Source of the DNA: Utricularia gibba
Taxonomy: Eukaryota; Plantae; Magnoliophyta
Direction: 5' to 3'
Length of the DNA stretch: 64,000 bases
Assembly: GCA_002189035.1 (NCBI GenBank)
Contig: CM007989.1
Span: 2,294,001-2,358,000 of the forward strand
Shown: in pieces, positions 35,387 to 49,689 of the stretch
Layout: every line of letters starts with the position of its first letter
Numbering within the stretch: the stretch's first letter is position 1
Translations under genes and position numbers: made by a program
The notes under the pieces: model-generated
What the model saw: the letters and a program-made list of their open reading frames with translations, nothing else
Database searches by the model: none
What the model was told of the DNA's origin: nothing

Positions 35387-36414
35387 CTACCTATGGCTAC
35401 AGAAATCAGACAGCTTCTTCCTCCCTTCAACGATCTCGTCGAAGAAGTCATCAAGTTGCCCGATTACATTCTCTGATCCATCTCTCAGTACAGAGAAGCA
35501 GTTCTTGAGACCTTCGATTTTTTCTCTGATGGAGGCTTCTGATCCCCTGCTCGTTTCAAGCTCTCCTCTCAATTCATCAATGACGGCTCTCGATTTCCTG
35601 AACTCACACAACAGAACCCCACCTCCGCCAGGTAAATGGGCCATCTCTGAAACAACCCTTTGCTGCAATCGCGCAGCAGAGACCATGAACGATGATCCAT
35701 AAAAAACACAGCCATCGTACTCGGTAATGGAAAAATCAGCAGCAAATTGCGATGAAGAATAGCAGTAAACGAAGCCCTGTAGCAGTATCATCAGCAGAAA
35801 CGAACTGACATTTCTCATTGCGTAAATAACACCTCTGAATCCACTAAAGGCGTTTAGCTTCGATTCGACAGATACCCTTTCACCGAACTTCAATGACAGA
35901 GGCCCAATCCTGGTTTCAACCAATCCCCTGTTTTCTTCTTCTACGCCGACAGCTTCCCTTCTGCAACGCGAGATGGCTCGAACAATCTGACACAAAAAAG
36001 AACAGCATCTTCATATGTTCTAATCTGTGAAATGAAAATTCGTTTTTTTTTTTTTACCTGTCGAGAAAGCTGTGAACCGAGGCGACGATTGGCGTCGAGA
36101 GAAGAAGCCATTTCAAGGCCTGCAGAGCAGTAATTCTCCATAGCAGAAATCCCATCTTTGAGAACATGACAGACATCCCAAAGCTTGGAGCTTTCATCCA
36201 TGTATTCATCGAGCCATTTTTCACCCACGGGGAGATGAAGCTTCTGCACCAAAACGAGGAGTTGAGAGTGAAATGATCTCAGAAGGGAAACAACTGTCTG
36301 CAAGAACTGCATCGACATGAAGTCGTTGGATAAGAAAACGCGCTCAAGATCATCGATTCCCCTGGTGAGGAAACTGTAGAAGCCGTTGACAGAATTAGAT
36401 GAAAAGGGATCCAT
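35387..36414 (-). CDS. BYPASS1-like / DUF793 protein, 2 exons (36414-36058, 35986-35387)
   Basis: FMSMQFLQ...LRSFHSQL...[24 protein letters not shown]; RAISRCRRE; [11 protein letters not shown]. Confidence 0.9.
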
Positions 36415-39399
36415 GAAAACCGAAAGAAGAAGAAGAAGAAGAGGGATGAATGAAATGAATAGGAGAAATACAAGAGGAGGAGACAGTGATATCTGAACAG
36501 AGGAAAAGAAAAGCAAGAAAGAGGAGAAGCGGGTGAGGGATTGTGAGTGAATCCACACAGTTATAGGTTCCCTGGAGAGGGAAGAAGACTAGAATTCTTC
36601 CATTTTCAATGTTTGAAAATGAACCAGAGTTGCAGAAAGACAGGAGACAAGCACAATTTCCCATCTCACTACGAGGAAACAACACTTCAACCACAATCAA
36701 AAAATGCACAAATTCCCATTTCCATAACCAGAGGGATACCAAACAGGCACTCCCACCAAAGGTATGTACATCAAAAAAAGCAAACAGGGTTTTTTTTTCT
36801 TAATGAATTAAAGCAACTTGGATTTGAAAATATTTGTTTTTACTTCAATGTTGCCTGGTTGATTGCGAGTGATTACCCAGTCTTCTCTCTTCTCCAGCTA
36901 ATCAACATCGATGCCAAACTTAATCTGTGTACATATGTTTTGTTTTGGATTCTTGTGTAGATTTGTTGATTGCAATGTAAGGATACTGCATCAATGAAAC
37001 TTCACTCCATTCCACTGCATCCCATCCCATCTAACAATCCAGGAAAAGCTCATACTGAAGCCTGCCTGCCACGCAAAATCCAACGTCTGTTAAACATAAT
37101 ATAACTGAGACCTTGTGGAAATTTATCATGAGATCTATTCGACAATACAAGTGGAACCATTTTCATTACAATTTCAAAGCTAAACATGATATCATAACAG
37201 TGGATGAGAAACCATAACGCTCCTCAAAACAGACAATATCATATCAGGATGAACAGGAAGCCATCAGCAGCTGCCAAACAAAAAACAACCGAGACCTGGG
37301 GGGCAAAAAAGGGTAAATAGCCCTAGGAGGGATGTAATTTGGAGTTGATCCCAAGTCATTATCTTCCTGGGGTTCCGCGTGTGCGAGATATGAGTACAGT
37401 GACTTGTAAACCAGCAGCAGCTTGTCTTCTTCCCAGCCACGAACACCGCGGGCCACCAATAATCCCCTCGTGCTGGTTCATTGAGCGTGCCTCCTCTCCC
37501 TCCCTGCGTTGGAATTTTGTTCTGTTTTTGAAATGGCTGTATTTTACACTTTAATAATTAAATAATAAACTAACTAAAAAAGTTATCATATTTATTTGTT
37601 TATATTTTTTAAAAATACATTTGTATCTTCATATTAAATTATATATTAATTTAACTTATTAAATTTTAATATTTCAATAACAATTTTATAAAATCCTAAA
37701 ATTGATTTTTATTATCAAATACATTTAACTTTCGAATTAATATAAAATATCTTATACAATGCTTTAAAAAAGACATGGTACAAGATTTTTATAATCATTC
37801 TACTTAAATTCATACTATTTTTCATTTGAAATCGATATTAAATTCAACTAAAATGGTTAATCCACCTTTCATTGAGGGGGACCTTACAATTCTATTCTAC
37901 ATAATATGCAACAAAAATGAAAAACATATCCCTAGTTACTAACACATTTACGGAAGTGAATTGAATTAATTCCCTCCCACGTAGTTTCCAAAGCCTAGAA
38001 TTGGACACGGCGGTCGGACCGGTGAAACTACTAATTTTGTCCTAATTACAAATACACAGTGGCCAGCGAAGAGTCCTTAACGGCGTCCTAACCAGACAAT
38101 TAATTATTCAAATAAAAAGAGAGAGAGAGAAGAAGAAGCAGATCTGGATGAATGTGTTCGTGGGTCCACTTGCTGCTTGGAGATTTCATGGGATGAGTAT
38201 TGTATTATTTCTATTCACCCGTGTCTTGAATTATTGCCTTTTTAAAATTCCATTATAATAATCATTTAGGAAGCAGCAAGTATCATAGGCAGAAGAGCAG
38301 GCACAGCTCATTTTTGTCGTCCACACATGCAATACTCGGACAATAAAATAAAGTATTAAAATACACACAAACAAACAATCCTCATTTGATTACTCAAGGT
38401 ATTTTGAGTTGGAATGGTTAAGGCCCAAGATGCCTTCATTTTAAGATGTATAGTTTTATTAGTTTTTAAAAAATGTATACAAATGTGTATAAAATGTTAA
38501 AAATATAAAATAATAGATTATGAAGGTGGAATGATGACAGAGTTTCATCATCATAGTTCAACCAACCATTTCTTTAAATGCATATACTGTTCCTTTCGTT
38601 TATTTTGTATCAAATGAAATAATTATAATTGAACTATTTGAGAATAACGGTCTCAAATATATAAAGACAACATTAAAAGCGTGACTGACCCTCCAGATTT
38701 GGTTTGCTAACAATGTGTGTATTAAGAGTAAGATTAGTGATGAATAATTCCTCACCAATACGTACTTAAACAATGTTCCATAATATTTTTGAAACATGTG
38801 TTTATTTTTTAAAATTATTTTAGAAAAATAGAAATAAGAATTAAAAATAACCAATTCATTACTTTTTTAAAAATAACTTTTGTAATATAATATTAAAAGT
38901 GTTTTTAATAGAATTACTTTTATAATTAAAAACATTTTTAAACAAAACTATTTTTATTTTTGAATAGTAAAAATATGTTTTAAAATTTTTCCAAAACACT
39001 ACTTTAATATATATGATTAAATTGCATTGCAAATGGTGTGTGTGCATATTGATGTAATGAAAAAAGAAGAGTGAGATATCAATGATTGCAATTGATATGT
39101 GGGTTGGGTTTGGGGGTTAAAAGGAGGGAGGAAGCGCGGGATGAATGAAATGAATCAATGATTCGTAGGCGGTTGGGGTTGTCGGTGGGGGTAGGCCCAG
39201 GGGCGCGAGCTTGTCTGAGTCTGGGCAGGCAACTCCATTACTCCACCTGCTCTCTGCTTTTTACTACCGTACCATGTGGGGATCCGATTCAGCCTTGATC
39301 CCTCCGGAGACAGATAAAAAAAAGGAACAAAATAACCAAGATCTTGGCTTTGGTGCCAACCATAGCTTTATCATCTCTTTCCACGCTAACCCCCACTCC

Positions 39400-40510
39400 T
39401 AATGTTATCTTAATCTCTCTCACGCTACTAATGAAAGCTTAATTAGCATCCATCAGCCATGGCTGAATGGCAAGGCTGCTGTTTCCATCTTCATGTGAAG
39501 CTTTAACAAGGCGACTACATCAGCTGCAAATGCGCAAGCTTGGATCAGTCAAAGATTAAAGAGCAGTTTCCAGCAGATATAGATAGACATGTTTGTCTTC
39601 CCATAGCATGATTCACAGCAGAAGTTTAGCACCAAGAAAGGTATTCTAACAGCGGCTGCATGTGATGGAAAAGATGGAGGAAAGAATGACGGGAAGCTAC
39701 AACTGATTGATTATCTCTCAGAAAAAAAAAAAGAAGAAAAAAGCAGGACCAAGAACGTATCTGGATGAGTGGATAGCTTCCAAATTTTGTCTACCGAGAC
39801 AATGCTGTGTACATCATGAACAATATGCAGTCAAAATGCATCCTAATATTCCCAACCTCAACAATTTCTCTTGCAGCAAGACATGCGCTACGATGGCACC
39901 ACTGATGCCACGTGCCATTTCCATATCCTTATTTTCCAATGATGCGATTATACGTACATACTGCACCAAGGGAGCGTTGGAAAGACAGGAGGAGACTTAA
40001 TGTAGGCACTAAAATTTTCGAAAGTTCAGAACAAAAGCCTTCCATCAATGAAAATTAAAAAGCAGGCAATGCGAATAAACCACAAAACTCATCAACGACC
40101 ATTCCATTCCAATCCTCCTGAACCTGAACTCAACAAAAAATAAATAAATTCATAAAAAAGGTGAAAAACAACGACATTCACGGTCATGGAAAGAGTTGGA
40201 TTCCGATCGAGATTCCTTACAGTGGCGAGTGCCACTGGCGTCAACCCTCTGCAAACCCTTCTTCTTTAGGATGAAATTGACCCCATTACGTTCTCCCTGA
40301 CACGACCAAGCAAGCCCCTGTGAATCTAAACAAAAAAAAAAAACAATCTTTCACAGGCGTTCAAAAAACCGATTACGGAGAACTTAATCGGACCTCTTCT
40401 CCCATTTCTTCTGAAAGCAATTATGTACATGCGGCCAACAGCATTGATGCACCAGTCAAGTGCTCCCACTTCTCACTGCGTACGCCCAGAACGCCATGTG
40501 CTGTAGCTTG
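39400..40510 (-). ncRNA. Candidate spliced non-coding or sORF-only transcription unit
   Basis: Exon-like blocks about 40510-40394, 40317-40221, 39960-39757 and below about 39700, bounded by GT/AG; only short ORFs; recalled resemblance to SAC51-family leaders is unverified. Confidence 0.3.
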
Positions 40511-41869
40511 TTGAACAGGTTTGGGGCCTAGGGCTGGAGGGAGGGAACACACGCAACCACACATTTCAAATCCTACTATTTTAGGTTGATGACGCTCATT
40601 TTATTCTTTGTTGTTTTTAGTAGGTACAAATAAAAATAATCGACGTGAATACCAAATTTTGTTTTATTTAATTGTTAATTATTTGGTTCGGGCATGATCC
40701 GATTGCCCGTTTTACTGACGGGTTTGGGTGGCCCGATGGGATCAAACCGGGTTTTAAAACGTAAGTGGAAACCAGGGAAACAAACTACGTCAATGCATTC
40801 CAAATCCAATAGATGCGAAAAATGCGGGAAAAAGAAATAAAAAATTTAATGAAAATATTATTATACACAAGTTTCCCTTTCCAGCTTGACTGTAATAGGA
40901 TCCGCATTCAATTACAAAAATAGCAACGTTTTCAAAAGGAATCGCTCGCTCGCCCTTATTTTCTCACCCTGTCGGCTTCATTTCACACGAGGAGGAGGAG
41001 GGAGAGTGAGGTAAAAGAGACGGGGTTTTCCGTTCATTGCGAGGTACCTCTTCGGCATCATTTTCTCCTGAAAAGGGTAACTCTTTGAACCGCAGGTGTT
41101 TCTTCATCTCACCCCTACATATATTTATAGTGAATCTTGAATCTCACCTGAACTTTCTGCTGCCTTTTTCTCCTTCTCCGTTTAAAGCTAGAATCTTGAA
41201 CTGGGTTGGAGGCTTTGATCATGAGAATGGAAAATTTTCAAAGGTTTAGCCAGCGCTTTGAATTAAACTAGAATCTTGAACTGAAGCCAGGTTTCGCCGC
41301 CGTCGTGCTCCGGGACTCGTATCATCTGTTCAAAAAAGAAAGGCACAAACCCATGAAAATTTACGGACTGGTACTCATAAAAGTGGTATGACTGCGAGAT
41401 TCTTTACCACTGTTTCGTGTTTGGTGAAGAATAAATGGATGAGATGCAGATTCTGCATATAATCATAAATGCGATGAAAATTTCTCTCATCTCCATTGGA
41501 GAGTTTACCTGGGGTTATTCCTGTATAGGAAACTTTCATCGTCTTCCTGCAGCCTTACCTGTACTTCACTGCACAAACCTCTGTAATTCACCAATTAGCA
41601 TCCTTGCCCATCTCCCCTGCCACTTCGCTTTCCCATATATGTTGGCAGCCAAGTCGATAAAGTAATGAAGTCAGTGGGCTTTCACCATCCCAAAGAATAA
41701 TTTACTCCTAATCTGTGTGGGAAAAGCATCTTTCTCAACACTCAATCTCCTTTCCCTTGTATAACTCGAGATACGATTTTTTCCGAGAAGAATTCACCTT
41801 GGTTTGTTATCTTCTTCGCAGACGCAGCACGAAATTTAATTCGTCAACTTTCTACAACCGGGTTTCTTG

Positions 41870-43506
41870 ATGGCTGAAAGAAGCAGAGACTTGGAAAGCA
41901 ACAGATACCCTGTTTCGACCCAGGTGGTGGAGGAGTTGAAAGATCTCTGGTCAATGGCGCTCCCAACGACGGCGATGAACTTTCTGGTTTACATCAGAGC
42001 AGCGGTTTCAGTAATGTTCTTGGGAATGCTCGGAAGTTTAGAGTTAGCCGGCGGCGCACTCTCGATTGGGTTCACAAATATCACTGGCTACTCTGTTTTA
42101 GTCGGCCTTGCTTCAGGGCTCGAGCCTGTATGCAGTCAAGCGTACGGCAGTCAAAATTGGGAGCTCCTTTCTCTATCTCTGCATCGAATGATCTTCATAC
42201 TCCTCTTAGCCATCATCCCCATATCTTTTCTCTGGATCAAACTCGAAACCATCATGAATTTCCTCGGGCAAGACAAGGAAATCACTGCGATTTCCGCAAC
42301 TTACTGCCTCTACGCGCTTCCAGACCTGTTAATCAACGTGATGTTACAACCGATTAGGGTATACTTGCGATCTCAGGGAGTGACAAAGCCCCAAATGTGG
42401 TGTACCCTAATTGCAGTAGCGTTTCACGTACCTCTGAATTACTTTCTGGTGGTGACCAACAATTTAGGGATTCGAGGTGTAGCGATTGCCTCGGTGCTGA
42501 CGAATTTGAGCATGACGACGCTGATGACTGCGTATGTTTGCATGTATGGGAGATGGGAAAGAAGATTGAAAGGGGGATTTGGTGAGATCTGCGGCGGCAT
42601 TGGGCCCCTACTGAGGCTGGCGGTGCCGAGCTGTGTCGGAATATGTTTCGAGTGGTGGTGGTATGAAATCGTGACCATTCTCGCCGGGTACTTACCGACG
42701 CCGAAGTTGGCCGTCGCTGCCACCGGAATCATAATTCAAACCACCAGTCTCATGTACACTGTTCCCATGGCCTTGGCTGGTTGTGCCTCCGCACGGGTAA
42801 ATTTGCTACTCCTTTCAAAATACATATTTTTTAATAGGAAAAATTATATGATTTTAAGCTTTAATCATATTAAATTATTTTTTTAAAAAATGGTCGATTA
42901 ATTACTTTATTATTTAGAATATAATCAGTTAATCAGTATAAGAAAATTCAGACGTGTTTGGGATTGCAATTGCAGGTGGGCAATGAGCTCGGAGCAGGAA
43001 GGCCACACAAGGCCAAGGTAGCTGCAATCGTGGCACTGGGTTGCGCATTCGCGATCGGCTGCATAAACGTCGCATGGACGGTGGCGTTTCGCAACCACTG
43101 GGGCGGCGTCTTCACCCCAGACAACGATCTCAAGCTCCTCGTCGCCTCCGTTCTTCCGGTGATCGGTCTCTGTGAGCTGGGGAACTGTCCCCAAACCACC
43201 GGCTGCGGCATTCTTCGAGGATGCGCACGGCCGTCGGTCGGCGCTCGCATCAACCTCGGATCGTTCTACTTTGTCGGCACGCCGGTTGCCGTGGGGGCTG
43301 CGTTTTGGCTGGGCGCAGGGTTCATGGGTCTGTGGCTTGGGCTGCTGTCTGCCCAAGCCACATGCTCTGTGTCGATTCTGTACGTCGTGTTGCGGTGCAC
43401 GGACTGGGAAGGCGAAGCCATGAAGGCACGGAAGATGAGCAGTGTGGAGATGGCCAGTAGCAGACGAGCTGAAGAGGACGAGCAAAGGCTGCTCAGCGGA
43501 GGGTGA
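41870..43506 (+). CDS. MATE efflux protein, DTX54-like, 2 exons (41870-42796, 42976-43506), 485 aa
   Basis: [37 protein letters not shown]; CFEWWWYE; [11 protein letters not shown]; [16 protein letters not shown]; intact frame. Confidence 0.93.
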
Positions 43507-44581
43507 TGAGTCTGGGAAGACGATCCACAGCATGTGCACTCTTTTGCTGACTTCTTAAATCAAATTTTGTTTAGTAACATAATAAAATATTTTGTAAATG
43601 ATGTTTTTAAATAATAATGATCACATAATTATTTAATCCGTAACATGAAGAGAGCATTTTGGATAATTAAATTTTAATAATATATGAAGTGTAATTGTTA
43701 ATTTAATTTTTTATTGGTCACAGTTTTGGTGAATTGAGAATTCATGTAATAAACAAAATAAAGGAAGAAATTAAAGAGAAGGCTGTCTCTTTTCTTTCTA
43801 CTGGAGGTGTTCTGTTGGCTGGCTACCAGAAAAGTGAGTTACACTGGAAGGGTTTCCGAAGGCGATCAAGGTTTCGGCCTGAAATATGGGAATGTGATCT
43901 TAGACTAGAAATCGGCGTCGTTCAGGTTTTTTGGTGCAACCTTGTCGGGGAATCACGAATCCGGAGCAGCTCTGTATTTGATTTGATCTATTTCTGCTGA
44001 ATTGTAAGTCGGACTAAACACCAATATCTTGATATTGTTCTTCTATTTGGATGTGTTACTGTAATTTCCGTTCTAGCGTTTTAGTCAAATCGAATTTTCA
44101 CTATATACCATGCTGTTTCGCATGGCGAATTGGGTTTGTTAAATACTCACGCATGCTGTAGTTTTTAAATGCTAGTGTGTAAAGATTCATTTTTTATGGT
44201 TGTCGTATCGTGGATTCGATGATGATATGCCTTGATTGTAATCGGGGGTTACTTTATTGAATTTTTATGGTCATTTGTCTACTGCAGTCATCCTTATTGA
44301 ATTTTTGCTATGCTGAAAGTAAGTTCTCCCCTCTATTTTTGGGACTGTAACGAAGCACTTGATAGTTTGGTGACATGATGTTGAAGATCATTCAGCCGTT
44401 GCTCATCTTTGTCAACAATTATTCGCTTTGGTTTCGTTCAGTAGGTTTGCATGATGATTCCATGGAAGTCTTTCATTTGTATGTCTCCACTGATTTAGTT
44501 TGCACTGGCGTTGGAAATCTGGAATTTGGAAGTGCTTTCTGATACTCCTGTGGTTTTCTCTCTTGTTAGATTCTGGACCTG

Positions 44582-45347
44582 ATGGGTGTCACAAGCAAGT
44601 TTATTATAGCATCTGCATTAATGTGGGTTTTACCGATCTTGATTATATATGGGTTTAACCATAAGGTTTATGCTGGTGAGCGTGCATTCTTTATCATAGT
44701 TGGCGTTTATACTTCCTTTGTTTACTGTTTTCTCTCTTTCTCACTTGTATTTCACCCAAGTTCAGGTTCGGTTTATTGTCTGGTAACTACGTATTATGAA
44801 AAGCCTTTTGAGCCTCACTACTTTTGAGGGCATTTTTTTTCCTGTTCCATTTTCTTGGACTTGCGCCTTGCTCTTTTTTTTCCCAACCAAGTTTCAATCT
44901 GAAGCACTTCAATAAAACGGTGGCTGTGATCTTTTTTGCTTGTAATAAGAAAATAAGCAGCTTCTGTGGAAACCTTCTATAGGATTTCTAATGCCGGTTG
45001 ATTTTTTTTTTGTGAAAAACCAGATTTTTATATGCGGTGTATCTCTGAGATTGCATAGCCTTCTTTGCATCATGTTATACGTTTTTCGAGTGTAATGGTT
45101 TCTGGCCATTTGAATCTTATAAGCAGGTATCGTTGATTTGACTCCCGAGTCTGTCACGTTGTGGAGTGGTATCCTGGCAGTCGTCTCTGTGAATATTGTC
45201 ATAGCACTGTATATCTACGCCGCCATTAAAGAACCTGCAAACAAACATGAGCCAGATCCCAAATTCGTGTCTGATGCCAAGGAAAGCATAAAAAACTTTG
45301 GATCAGTTGAAGCGGACTCATCATCAGATCGTGCAAAGCAAGAGTAG
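44582..45347 (+). CDS. VMA21: V-ATPase assembly factor VMA21 homolog, 2 coding exons (44582-44675, 45127-45347)
   Basis: Two TM helices; SGILAVVSVNIVIALYIYAAIKEP; HEPDPKF; matching phase-1 splice. Confidence 0.85.
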
Positions 45348-46226
45348 TAAGCAGTGAGTGATAGGAGAAGCTTCTTGATACAGCACTCTGCTTTGCCTTC
45401 GCTAGTGAGTTGTGGCTGATTTGAGGATACTCATTCCCTTCAAAAAGTATTGTTACTGAATAAACGAACGCTTAGTCTTTTGTACTAGTTTTCTCAGAAT
45501 ACAATTCTTCTGAATGTAGCACAAGCTTCGTTTTTGCTCTTCATACATTCCTTTAGCTTGTAGCTTGTGAGGAGACAATCTTTAAAAGATAACTTCAAGA
45601 GAAGTGCTTTTGGGATCCAAAACTAAAACTAGACTATCATTGTCTTCTTGGTCTCCGATCCCAAATCTTTTTTAAGAGGAGAAGCAGAACTTCAAAGTAT
45701 GCTCAAAAAGAAAGAATAATGGAGGTGCTACTGCCCTTCTATCGTTTCTTGTGCTAGATTCATTGTATTTTCCTTAGCATCCGTGCTCAGGGATGAAAAC
45801 CCTGTGTTTTCAATAAAGGCTAACACCTGTTTTCTCAAGGTTCACACAATCGCTCAAATTCAACACGCCATTTCTGGGGACGAAGGTGATGCCTTGATGT
45901 GACATAAGGGGCACGTTAGCTCTCAGCGAGATGTTGTTAACTGCCCATAAAACAAAAACCCTCACAATGATCAATGAATGGATAAATCGAAGGTAAAGAT
46001 GGCTGGCTATCTGCAGAATCAAATAGCTGGTTCAAAAGTACAAAATACAGTAATATACAGGCACCCCTTGCGTCCTGGCCACTGAGAATGAAGTCCGGGA
46101 AGTCGTCAATTGTCCCTGGGGAGGGTCTTGCCACCAAGCTCTGAGAATCAACATAAGAATCAATGGCATTGTTCTGCGATGATCTTTTCCCAATCCGTAA
46201 TGCAGAAAAGAAACTTCCATCCATTT

Positions 46227-49200
46227 CTACATTGTTGTTGCAGGAAAGGTCCTTCTCTCCTCAGACCTATGATGATACAATTTGGCAATCTTCCGCCTCT
46301 CACAGTCCTGTAATGCATACAACGATCAAAGCTTATCAATGGGAGCACACTCCAGTTTACTCACTAGATGCTTTTTTGGCATGAAATTGTGATAAAAATT
46401 GAACCTTGAACATATTTAGAAAGAAGGGTTTCTCAGGATTCTTCCTTCTCAACTTGTGGTATGTATAGGCAAAACTCAGCTGATCACGAGGGGTAAACCG
46501 ATCAACCTCATTGAACCAAAGGCAAGAAAACAAGTTTGACATAGGTGTATGAGCTCTGACAATGAAGGAGCCTTCTGGTACATCTGCCATAAAAGATTGA
46601 CTTGAGCATATAAACAGCTACTAATATAAAAGAATATACTTGAGGAGATGACCAAAGGGGCACATACTGCTGGGAAGAAGTTTTTCAGGATCTGATGCAT
46701 TGAATCTTTTCATTCCATCTGCTTGATAAAATGCAAATTGCTCATCGATTATGCTGTGATTATATTTGTTAAGCCTCTTGTTTTGTGCAACCTCTTCCCA
46801 CAAACAATGGCGGTCATAGTGATTTGAAATGGCATACTCATATCCTTTTCTCCAAAGAAAGTACTCCAAGATAAGCATAGGGTCAAGCTGGAGACGCAGT
46901 TTGCTATCCAACCAGATTGAGTACCTAAGCAAGTTTCAAAGCAGATTTAGTCAGGGATGTCATTCACAATCTCATATATTAAAACAATGCATTTCACTGA
47001 ATCAATTTGTAACTGAAATGCAACTCATAAACCAATAATCCCTTTAAAGTGGACGTGCCTCAGGAGTAATACCTAGCAGAAGGAAATAACCGGTGCGGCA
47101 AAAATTTAGGTATCTTCCCTACTCGTCTCATATCAGCATAAGGAAGATTCTTCACCACAACAATTTTCCATAGACCAACAAAGCCCATTATATCTGGCTG
47201 TTGGCCCTCTGCTGAAAGAGTTTGCATGGTTTCTTCATCCACAAACATGACAAAACATATGTTTTTCCTTGACAGACGAGAAACCTGAAAAGAAATAGAA
47301 AGTTTAACATGAAATATAATGCGAAGTCTTAAGTACAAATCATACGCCTATCTTAGCATACAGAAAAAAAGCTCCACTCTTTTTTTTCGACTCACATTAG
47401 AATCAGCGTAGCATAAGTTAGAAACACTATAAAGCATCAGCACCTTTCTACCCAGTGGTGATCTCAGGCGGTCAGAGTTCCCAAAGATGCAAGACATAAC
47501 AGCAATGTGACAACTACTGATATAATTCATATCATCTTGGCTCAAGTCAAACCCTGTGCTTTTGGACTCCTTGGGACCTTTCACAAATCCACAGTGAATT
47601 TTCTGATCATGAGCAGTAAAAGATTCCTCCCGCTCGCTAAGTGACTGATGTCCAGCAAACCGATGCTCCCACTTCTGATCCTCAATAGGTTTTTCTTCTT
47701 GTTGAACGTACAGCAGGGAAAATCTGGCAAATTTCCTACTTTCCACAGGCTCAATAATTAGCGCAGAAGAATTTGAAATTTTCATGTCACATGCACCTGT
47801 GATCAGATGAAGGGAGAGCATGAACATAATACTATAACAGAAATGGTCAAAGGAATACCTTCCAAAAAAAGGAACACAAATAAGGCTACATGAGAATTCT
47901 TCAAAGGATCAAAGGGTCAACATCTAACTCCGAAATCAAGCATGAAAGCAGAAAAATGGCAACTTTCCGGAATTTTAAAGATGAACTAATCGCATACAAA
48001 ACATGCACAGATGAACTCCTAAAACCATCCTTACCATGAAATTTTCGACGTTTTGGCTTCTTTTTCAAACTTGATTGCTTTGCAGAACTCACATGGACAC
48101 CCAAATTCTTCCTTTTGCCCTCGTGTTCATGAGAAGTCTCGCGAATGGGTTGTTTAGTGGCATGCGACTCATCCTTATGATCATGCCTGGAATCAACGTA
48201 CTCATCGTCCTCCAAATTAACACCATCATCATATTCATCATCTTCTACTTCTTTAACGTTTCCAATGCCATTATTGCTCAGTTGTTCGTTTCCTTTCTTG
48301 TACTCATCTTGCAATTTTTCATATTTTGCTATTGATGACATGTCTTTGGTTTTATCTCGTGTCATTTCGTGGTGTGCAGTTTCATGGAAGCCATTATCTT
48401 GGTGATCCAAGACCTTCTGAGTTGTTTCAGAAGCAGACAGCTCTTTATGAGCCTTGCTCTCAGCATCATTCCTTGCTTTTAGAATTTCCTCATCATAGTC
48501 TTCATCCCTCCTCCTATCATCCTTATCCAGTAACGAGAATCCTGGCCATATGTGACTGAACCCGCACCAAATTCTAGCCCCTTCAGCCTTTGTATTCTTG
48601 TAGCATTCATGACATAATCTGAATCCATGCTGCCATCATCCTGGGACGTATCTCTGTCTCCATCTGTATCAATTCCCAGCATTTAACACTTTGAAATATA
48701 AGATCACGATATTGCTGAAAATTAGCACTTGTAGCTTGCATATGAGATCCATTGACATGATCAGATACTAGATGTATTACTCCGAAGTAAACCAAACAGG
48801 AGCAACAGAAAAATCAACTAGATTTTGACTAACCCACAGCTTGGATTGAGAAGCAAGCATTGGATCTAGTTCACAGTTCCTAAAGGCTTATCTAATCACA
48901 GGCCAAAAGAAATAAAAAAGCATACGTTAGTAATCCCATGAACCCGGCTTGATTTCAACTTCACCAATAAACTAAACAAACTACAGTTTCCACTCAATGC
49001 ATTACTCAATAAAGACAGCCACTTGATTGCCATTTCAGCGGGAAAAATCTAATAAAGAAACGCATAGCTTCTTACCTTTACTCTGCAACAAGACATAGAA
49101 AGACGTCGCGACTAGTAGAACGAGAAGGAGCGTGAAAACCCAGAATATGTTCAATACATTGCAACCCCGTGTAGCTTTGGATCGTCGGTGGTGGTGAAAC

Positions 49201-49295
49201 GGACGCAAACCGCCGCGGACACCGATTGAAATGTGATCCGCGGCGACACCGTTTCGCCACCAGTTGACGCCCACTGATTGCCTTTGCTGGGTCAT
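46227..49295 (-). CDS. DUF616 protein (MUCI70/TOD1-related family), apparent 1-bp frameshift in exon 2
   Basis: FAGHQSLSEREESF, DMRRVGKIPKFLPHRLFPSARYSIWLDSKL, NHYDRHC, NEVDRFTPRDQLSFAY, DCERR. TACTGGATAAGG at about 48527 needs one more G to read YWDKDDRRRDEDY. Confidence 0.9.
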
Positions 49296-49449
49296 CCGCT
49301 CATCATAGAGTGCCCCTGAGTTTGTTGAATAGCTCGGGAAACTTTCACCAGAGAGTTTCAATTTCACCAGAAAGGAGATGCAACGGAAGATGAAACTTTC
49401 AACATCATCTGATTTTCCCTTGCATTTCCTTTTCGGACCAAACAGTTAA

Positions 49450-49689
49450 TGGGCCGGAATTGGGTTGGGCTTTACGTAGAGCCAACTTTTCAGACCGGAT
49501 AGTTCAATCCTATTTGGTCTTAACTATAAATGGGCTGCTGTCGGTTTAGGTATATTTAGAAAGAACTTCAGTTCTGGATATATTATTTTACAAAATAAAT
49601 TAAAAATATATATTTAAATACTTCTGAGCAAGGCCGGACACGGGCCATCATTGTGGGCTGCCGGTGCCGGGCCTACCGCATGGGGCCCA
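49450..49689. promoter_or_regulatory. Site II cluster in the bidirectional DUF616 / SNARE-associated promoter
   Basis: TGGGCC 49450, TGGGCT 49466, 49531 and 49654, GGCCCA 49684; the two start codons are about 890 bp apart. Confidence 0.55.

Noticed and set aside
39470-39690. Possible MIRNA hairpin (GGCTGCTGTT...TTCCATC with complements downstream)
   Set aside because: The complementary blocks occur in the wrong order for a stem-loop and I found no conserved miRNA sequence.
41187-41285. AGAATCTTGA, twice, matching the start of miR172
   Set aside because: Only 10 nt match, there is no hairpin, and it is a short local direct repeat.
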